DNA of 32,000 nucleotides from Candidatus Saccharimonadota bacterium (GTDB lineage Bacteria > Patescibacteriota > Gracilibacteria > Absconditabacterales > Absconditicoccaceae): assembly GCA_965231145.1 (NCBI GenBank), contig OZ246420.1, forward strand, positions 630,001-662,000. Reading direction: 5' to 3'. Below are positions 27,453 to 32,000 of the stretch, piece after piece. The notes beneath the pieces are model-generated. The model did not search any database and was not told where the DNA came from. It worked only from the letters and a program-made list of their open reading frames with translations. The position numbers and the translations under genes were made by a program. Position 1 is the stretch's first letter. The number at the start of each line of letters is the position of its first letter.

Positions 27453-28526
27453 TTATTTTACGTCTTTTATTGTTGTTGAATGATTGCCAAGTAGATAAAG
27501 TAACAGCGTATGTAAAGTGGTGATGGTTGTTTGCTGTTCTTGCTGAGTGATCGGAACACCCTGTAGTAAATCACTTCACAATGCCTGAGTCTTTTGCCTT
27601 ACAAACTCTGAATTTGAATGACTGTATAGGCTGGTTACGGCTAGGTTACTATGTCTCATTTTTCGTTTCACATCATGTATGCTTCGACCATCTTCAAGTA
27701 GGTGTGTACATAAACTATGACGAAACAAATGAGAGTACACATTCTGTAGTATTCATGCGTCTGCTGCTATTTTTTTCAATGCGATGTTCAATTTTTGTTC
27801 GGTTAGTTTTGTGGCTGCTCCTCTTTCATAGAGGGTGAAGATGTACTTGAATTTCGTGTCCGGGAAAATGTTGTTTCTTATTACCAGGTATTCATTGAGT
27901 TTGTCGGCAGCAGTTTCGCTAAAAGTTATTTCTGCCTCTTTGTTACCTTTTCAAACAATCGTTCATTTAAGCTGCGAGATGTTTATATTTTCATAGGTAA
28001 GTCATCTTAGCTCGAAATTACGCAGTCAGGTTGTGTAGAGCATTCGAACTATCGCACGCCGTAGATAGGCAGAGTAAATCGCATGTTTTCTGCCCGACAA
28101 ATTTGCCTCGCTTACGTTTTGCTCCAGTTGTTTCATTAGTAGACTTACTTCGTCTTTTGTCAGATATGCGACCGTTCTTTTAGTTACTTTGCAATTTGGT
28201 ATATCAGCAGGAACGAGTTTATCTAGTTTCGCATTATTACTTAGCCGTTTAATGTAGGCCGTTATGTGTGTCATTATTTTATTGAGATGTGCGTTGCCAA
28301 ATGGCTTTACCTCTCCCTTTCCCGCTTTTTTACTTTTCTTGTTTTGTAGCCGTCTATAAAACACACGCATATCAGTTGCTTTTAGTGCTGTTGTTTCAGT
28401 ATTTCCGTATAGTTCTGAAAAGTATGATAAGGACAAATTGACCTTCCTAAGAGTAGCCTCCTTGTTTCATCTCTCTAGCTTCAGGTAGGCATTGTATTTG
28501 CCTAGCGTGTCAATTACTGTACTCAT
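27453..28526 (-). CDS. tyrosine integrase written in TGA=Gly code (357 aa)
   Basis: The frame runs ATG 28526 to TAA 27455-27453 with 7 in-frame TGA. These restore LYTT-G-LRNFELR-G-L (Arg box), LK-G-TIV-G-KGNKEA and ADA-G-ILQNVYSHLFRHSLCTHLLEDG (HxxR), followed by MRHSNLAVTSLYSH (catalytic Tyr). The N-terminus GKYNAYLKLER-G-NKEATLRKVNLSLSYF is a SAM-like domain. Confidence 0.85.
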
Positions 28527-28870
28527 GCTGGCTCCTCTATTAGAGTGTAAATCTTTACTTCGATTTTCTCTCTTACGTAACTTATTGCCTCCTGTGCTGC
28601 TTGTTCAAGGCGTGGCTTTAAGGCCTTATCAGCCCGCACTGTTGTTATGCAGTTATAGCAAATGTCTAACCCGAACTTCTGCAGTATATGTCCTTCGAGT
28701 TCTTCTTGTGATTCATTTACACAGTCTTGACACATGCTCTCCTTGCAACAGAAACAGATTTGTATTGCTTCTTTTTTAGCCTTGTTAAACTTTTGCTTTT
28801 TACCCCAACGCTGGTGAGCATTTCGGCAAAATGTGCAAACGTCTATCTCTGCTAAAGCTAGCTTAGTCAT
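28514..28870 (-). CDS. Cys-rich (zinc-ribbon-like) small protein upstream of the integrase
   Basis: The 115-aa ORF has multiple CxxC pairs (CTFC, CFCC, CQDC, CYNC). Its TGA at 28525-28523 overlaps the integrase ATG. Read as Gly, the protein ends 3 codons later at TAA 28516-28514. Confidence 0.5.
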
Positions 28871-28961
28871 GGACTACATCATTACAGGGGTAAAATAATG
28901 TAGTCCATTTCTGATATTATTTCTACAGAACGTTCGTTCTATATTCAAGTGAAAATATCAG
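28871..28961. promoter_or_regulatory. nested palindromes in the leader/promoter of the Cys-rich/integrase operon
   Basis: ggactacat (28871-28879) and atgtagtcc (28898-28906) abut the start codon. ctgatattatttc (28911-28923) pairs with gaaaatatcag (28951-28961), and these surround the perfect palindrome gaacgttc (28928-28935). Confidence 0.35.
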
Positions 28962-29181
28962 ATCAGGATTACATTTTATTGCGTTCTGAAACAACACCCC
29001 AACTTATAGTTGACTCGTCTTTTGTTACCCTGACGAAACCGCACCTATTTTCATGCTGCTATGTGCAGTTGTTTACAAGTACGATAAAATTATCTTTCGG
29101 CATAAAAAAAACTTGAGTGTCATTTGACAATCAAGCAGTCTGTACCTTTTATTATGACTAAGTTCACTACGAACAGATTTT

Positions 29182-29199
29182 ATGGTGGGCCTAACTGGA
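29182..29199. repeat. tRNA-proximal att repeat
   Basis: atggtgggcctaactgga is identical to 11925-11942 and forms the 3' terminal 17 nt of the tRNA(CAU) gene. Confidence 0.85.
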
Positions 29200-29259
29200 C
29201 TTGAACCAGTGACCCAGCGATTATGAGTCGCTTGCTCTAACCAACTGAGCTATAGGCCC
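29183..29259 (-). tRNA. tRNA with CAU anticodon, elongator type, probably tRNA-Ile2 (lysidine); Met not excluded. CCA encoded
   Basis: Cloverleaf: GGGCCTA/TAGGCCC acceptor, AGCGA-CTCATAA-TCGCT anticodon arm, ACTGG-TTCAAGT-CCAGT T arm. The anticodon and T arms closely resemble E. coli ileX as I recall it. Confidence 0.8.
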
Positions 29260-29316
29260 TTGTAGCAGAAGATATACACAATCCCCTGCTAAAATCAAGC
29301 ATTTTTCGCTGTCTCC

Positions 29317-30144
29317 TTACTCCAATACGAACTGATCACCTATATTCTCCAATGCTAATCTGATACTCGAATGCTTATCCAAAGCCTTTTTCAGCCTTTC
29401 TCTTGGCTCATGAAAATGAGCCTTATCCAAACGAAATGTCTCAAAATGCACCGGTATAAACCACTTTGCGTTCATATGTTCTGCCATAGTAACAGCCTGC
29501 TCTGGATTACAGTGATTGTCTATCCACGGATCGTATGATCCGATAGGCATGATAGCCACATCCGCGCGATCCGTAAGCTCCCTATAGGCTTCTGTATAGG
29601 CGGTATCTCCCCCGAAAACGATATTTTTTCATTGGTAGGAAATAAGATAACTGTTGTGACCCTTCGCTTTATGGTGTCACTTGGTATAACTTCTATAACG
29701 CTCCCACGGTCAGATAGCTCACCAGTGGTCAGTTTCTCCTGCACGGATATGGAGTCCATCCACGACCACATCTTCACCTCGTTCCACTTCGGTGACGGAT
29801 TTTACTCCTTTGTATGATTTCAAAAGGTGTTTTGTATTTCTTGGACAGATCACATGAAGCTGATCAGGAAATCTCTTAAAAAGTTCCCTGAGCGTCTGTT
29901 TATCCCAATGATCCATATGCGCATGAGAAAGTAATACATAGTCGAGCTGGGGTATTTCCTCTACGCGAAAAGCTGCAGGGGTAATTCTTTTTATCCCAAC
30001 TTTCCACTTCCCGATCAGCACCCCCAACTTTTCAAAAAGTAATGGATCAGTAATGATCCACTTACCGTACATATTGATGAGTACGGTAGAATGACCTGCC
30101 AGCGCGAAACTTATATGATTATCATTCCAATTATATTTATGCAT
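29317..30144 (-). CDS. MBL-fold metallo-hydrolase (275 aa with TGA=Gly)
   Basis: ORFs 29719-30144 and 29317-29559 share a frame and are joined by a TGA-containing segment. Motifs are LLSHAHMDHWD (HxHxDH), GHNSYLISYQ-G-KNIVFGGDTAY and VAIMPIG. Confidence 0.75.
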
Positions 30145-30269
30145 GCATTTGCTCGTGTAATAAATTATGTAATATAATAAGACACCTTTAGTGGATATTA
30201 ATTTGGTATCTTATTGCTATATAAAATTTTACATAAAAAAAAATAACCTTCAGGTTACTTTGTTTTCAA

Positions 30270-30342
30270 TCGGTCCCACGGGGAATTGAACCCCGATTGA
30301 CGGATTGAAAATCCGCTGTCCTAACCATTAGACGATGAGACC
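30270..30342 (-). tRNA. tRNA-Glu (UUC), no encoded CCA
   Basis: GGTCTCA/TGGGACC acceptor, GCGGA-TTTTCAA-TCCGT anticodon arm, CGGGG-TTCAATT-CCCCG T arm. Confidence 0.8.
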
Positions 30343-30343
30343 A

Positions 30344-30420
30344 TGGCGGAATCGACGGGGCTCGAACCCGCGACCTCCCGCGTGACAGGCGGGCGTTCTA
30401 GCCAGCTGAACTACGACTCC
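30344..30420 (-). tRNA. tRNA-Asp (GUC), CCA encoded
   Basis: GGAGTCGTAGTTCAG...CCTGTCACG...GGTTCGAGCCCCGTCGATTCCGCCA. It is close to the canonical bacterial tRNA-Asp. Confidence 0.85.
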
Positions 30421-30461
30421 ACAAAGGCTAATTATCTGTATATCTTGCATTTTTAGTAGAA

Positions 30462-30536
30462 TGGAGCCGGTTGCTGGACTTGAACCTGCGACCCACTGCT
30501 TACAAGGCAGTTGCTCTACCACTGAGCTAAACCGGC
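30462..30536 (-). tRNA. tRNA-Thr (UGU), CCA encoded
   Basis: GCCGGTT/AACCGGC acceptor, ACTGC-CTTGTAA-GCAGT anticodon arm. Confidence 0.85.
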
Positions 30537-30543
30537 ATAATAA

Positions 30544-30620
30544 TGGTGGACGATACTGGACTTGAACCAGTAACCCCCTGCTTGTAAGGCAGATGCTCTC
30601 GCCAATTGAGCTAATCGTCC
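30544..30620 (-). tRNA. tRNA-Val (UAC), CCA encoded
   Basis: GGACGAT/ATCGTCC acceptor, anticodon loop CTTACAA. Confidence 0.85.
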
Positions 30621-30633
30621 ATCAAGAGCAATA

Positions 30634-30900
30634 TTACTTGCTCGAAGATTTATTAATCATTTTTGTCAGTCTTGATTTTTTTCTTGCTGCATTGTTCTTG
30701 TGAACTATATTATGCTTAGCAGCCTTATCAATAAGCTTGTATGCAGAAGTCAAAAGAGCTTGCTTGTCTCCTTCACCCTTTACTGCTGCTTTCTTGAGCG
30801 ACTTGATAGCGTTCTTCATAGCAGTCTTGTGCTGGAGATTTACTTCTCTCAGTTTCTTTGATCTTCTGTCGGCCTTCTTAGCAGCCTGTTTAATTGGCAT
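30634..30900 (-). CDS. rpsT: 30S ribosomal protein S20
   Basis: This 88-aa basic protein, MPIKQAAKKADRRSKKLREVNLQHKTAMKNAIK...AKHNIVHKNNAARKKSRL, has the typical S20 sequence pattern. Confidence 0.85.
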   Translation of the reverse strand: MPIKQAAKKADRRSKKLREVNLQHKTAMKNAIKSLKKAAVKGEGDKQALLTSAYKLIDKAAKHNIVHKNNAARKKSRLTKMINKSSSK

Positions 30901-30967
30901 TTCAATATAATTAATAATAATAAATGTTCTCTATAATTGCTAATGCTTCATGGGTAATTTATTTCTC

Positions 30968-31039
30968 CTCCGGGGGTCGGGTTCGAACCGACGGCCAATT
31001 GGTTAACAGCCAACTGCTCTACCGCTGAGCTACCCCGGA
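30968..31039 (-). tRNA. tRNA-Asn (GUU), no encoded CCA
   Basis: TCCGGGG/CCCCGGA acceptor, GTTGG-CTGTTAA-CCAAT anticodon arm. Confidence 0.8.
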
Positions 31040-31125
31040 ATAACCGAGCAAAACGTAAGGGAATTTATATATATCTACTTATGCATTTCAAGGTTTTATT
31101 TTGCATAAACGATATAGTTGTAGTC

Positions 31126-31206
31126 TACCAGGAACAGGACTTGAACCTGCACGCACGAAGCACTGCGTTCTAAGCGCAGCATGTCTACCAGTTCCATCAT
31201 CCTGGC
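31126..31206 (-). tRNA. tRNA-Leu (UAG), long variable arm, no encoded CCA
   Basis: GCCAGGATGATGGAACTGGTAGAC... has anticodon loop CTTAGAA and a 12-nt variable arm. It has a G1-U72 wobble. Confidence 0.7.
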
Positions 31207-31218
31207 ATGGATGTAATT

Positions 31219-31291
31219 CTCGGGGACTAGGGGTCGAACCTAGGACCTACAGATTCAGAGTCTGTCGCTCTACCAACTAAGCTATCCCCGA
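31219..31291 (-). tRNA. tRNA-Gln (CUG), no encoded CCA
   Basis: TCGGGGA/TCCCCGA acceptor (U1-A72, G73), ACAGA-CTCTGAA-TCTGT anticodon arm. Confidence 0.7.
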
Positions 31292-31345
31292 ATAAACTTA
31301 ATTATATAATGTATGGTTAATGACCTCTCTTCATACTATTTTTAT

Positions 31346-31420
<75 letters not shown>

Positions 31421-31475
31421 TCTACATTGTTATGATTTTGAATTTTGCTCTTTGCATTTTAAATTATTGAGCTCC

Positions 31476-31546
31476 CTGGGGAACTAGGATTCGAACCTAG
31501 ATAGACGGAGTCAAAGTCCGGAGTCCTACCATTAGACGATTCCCCA
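31476..31546 (-). tRNA. tRNA-Gln (UUG), no encoded CCA
   Basis: TGGGGAATCGTCTAATGGTAGGAC... has anticodon loop CTTTGAC and acceptor TGGGGAA/TTCCCCA with G73. Confidence 0.8.
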
Positions 31547-31575
31547 ATAAAAAAAACCCACGTAGCGTGTGGGCT
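31547..31575 (-). terminator. rho-independent terminator of the ferredoxin gene
   Basis: On the minus strand, cccac-acgctac-gtggg is followed by a T-rich tract (tttttttattgg). Confidence 0.6.
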
Positions 31576-31639
31576 TTGTATAGTGATTTGCTTGTCTATT
31601 TCAAGCTCAATATTAGATTTATCCGGCAAATCAAATAAC

Positions 31640-32000
31640 TTACATAAATTTCTGTAATATGATCTCATGTTTTTTTCCATCGGTAAAGCACTCATCCTTT
31701 ACACCTGCGATGCAACACAGTATCTGATCAGGATCCGTATCGATAAGTTGTACCGATATTTTTCCGATATCTATATCTTCCATACCCTGCTGCACTCTTG
31801 CTGCACAGGTGAAACATGCTCATGCCTGACATGAGACGGGTATCTCTACACCGGCATCCTCACCGTTTTCTACGATACTTCCTTTATCTTTTGCAGGAAA
31901 ATAGGAGATCACATCTCATTGATCATCTACTATTTTTATCATTACATTGCTTTCTGGTTCTTCAGGCAAAACTCCGTCTTGCGAAGGAACCAATGGGTCA
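31640..32000 (-). CDS. plant-type 2Fe-2S ferredoxin (TGA=Gly); 5' end lies outside the window
   Basis: The frame ends at TAA 31642-31640. The cluster motif is VSCQA-G(TGA, tca 31820-31822)-ACFTCAARV (CxxGxCxxC), with a later LCC. Confidence 0.7.

Larger units (their letters stand above)
11943..29181. mobile_element. 17.2-kb tRNA-integrated genomic island / composite integrative mobilizable element
   Basis: An 18-bp direct repeat sits at both ends, one copy forming the 3' end of an intact tRNA(CAU). A tyrosine integrase lies about 650 bp from the tRNA. At both boundaries there is an abrupt change in base composition and in coding style, from TGA-riddled frames to long standard-code ORFs. Confidence 0.8.

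Noticed and set aside
11925-29199. Island as a simple assembly chimera between a Bacteroidota contig and a code-25 contig
   Set aside because: This is not fully excluded, but three observations make a mis-join unlikely. The 18-bp tRNA-derived direct repeat sits at both ends. An orphan tRNA 3' end lies at the far junction. A TGA=Gly integrase sits inside the island next to the tRNA. Read-level verification is still required.

Overview
The window holds two kinds of DNA. The flanks (1-11.9 kb and 29.2-32 kb) are AT-rich and only make sense if TGA encodes glycine (translation table 25, Gracilibacteria/Absconditabacteria-type). The standard-code ORF track shatters every gene there, but the fragments are collinear, in the same frame and separated only by TGA, and those TGAs fall on invariant Gly positions of well-known motifs. 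Re-read this way, the left flank carries four things. First, a tight minus-strand operon: Nudix, a TMK-like/kinase/nucleotidyltransferase fusion, a carbamoyltransferase, a DHQS-like cyclase and an APH-like kinase. Second, three tandem genes each with a HEPN-like Rx4H motif. Third, a roughly 600-bp structured non-coding stretch. Fourth, a large serine recombinase broken by an 11-bp tandem duplication, followed by tRNA-Gly(UCC). The right flank carries an MBL-fold hydrolase, nine tRNAs, rpsT and a 2Fe-2S ferredoxin. Between the flanks lies a visibly more GC-rich 17.2-kb island (11943-29181). It is integrated into the 3' end of a tRNA(CAU) gene and bounded by an 18-bp direct repeat. The tyrosine integrase next to the tRNA is itself written with TGA=Gly (7 in-frame TGA). 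The roughly 15 kb of cargo, in contrast, is TGA-free standard-code DNA that looks Bacteroidota-like. It encodes a second complete integrase beside an unsplit attP-like site, an HTH_17 excisionase-like protein, a coupling-ATPase plus replication-relaxation pair with a candidate oriT, a 1259-aa single-chain R-M-S restriction enzyme, a vWA lipoprotein, membrane proteins, XRE regulators and a PemK/MazF toxin. The main lead is this cross-genetic-code composite mobile element. Secondary leads are the cyclitol-like operon and the triple-HEPN locus in what should be a reduced genome. No CRISPR array or rRNA was seen.
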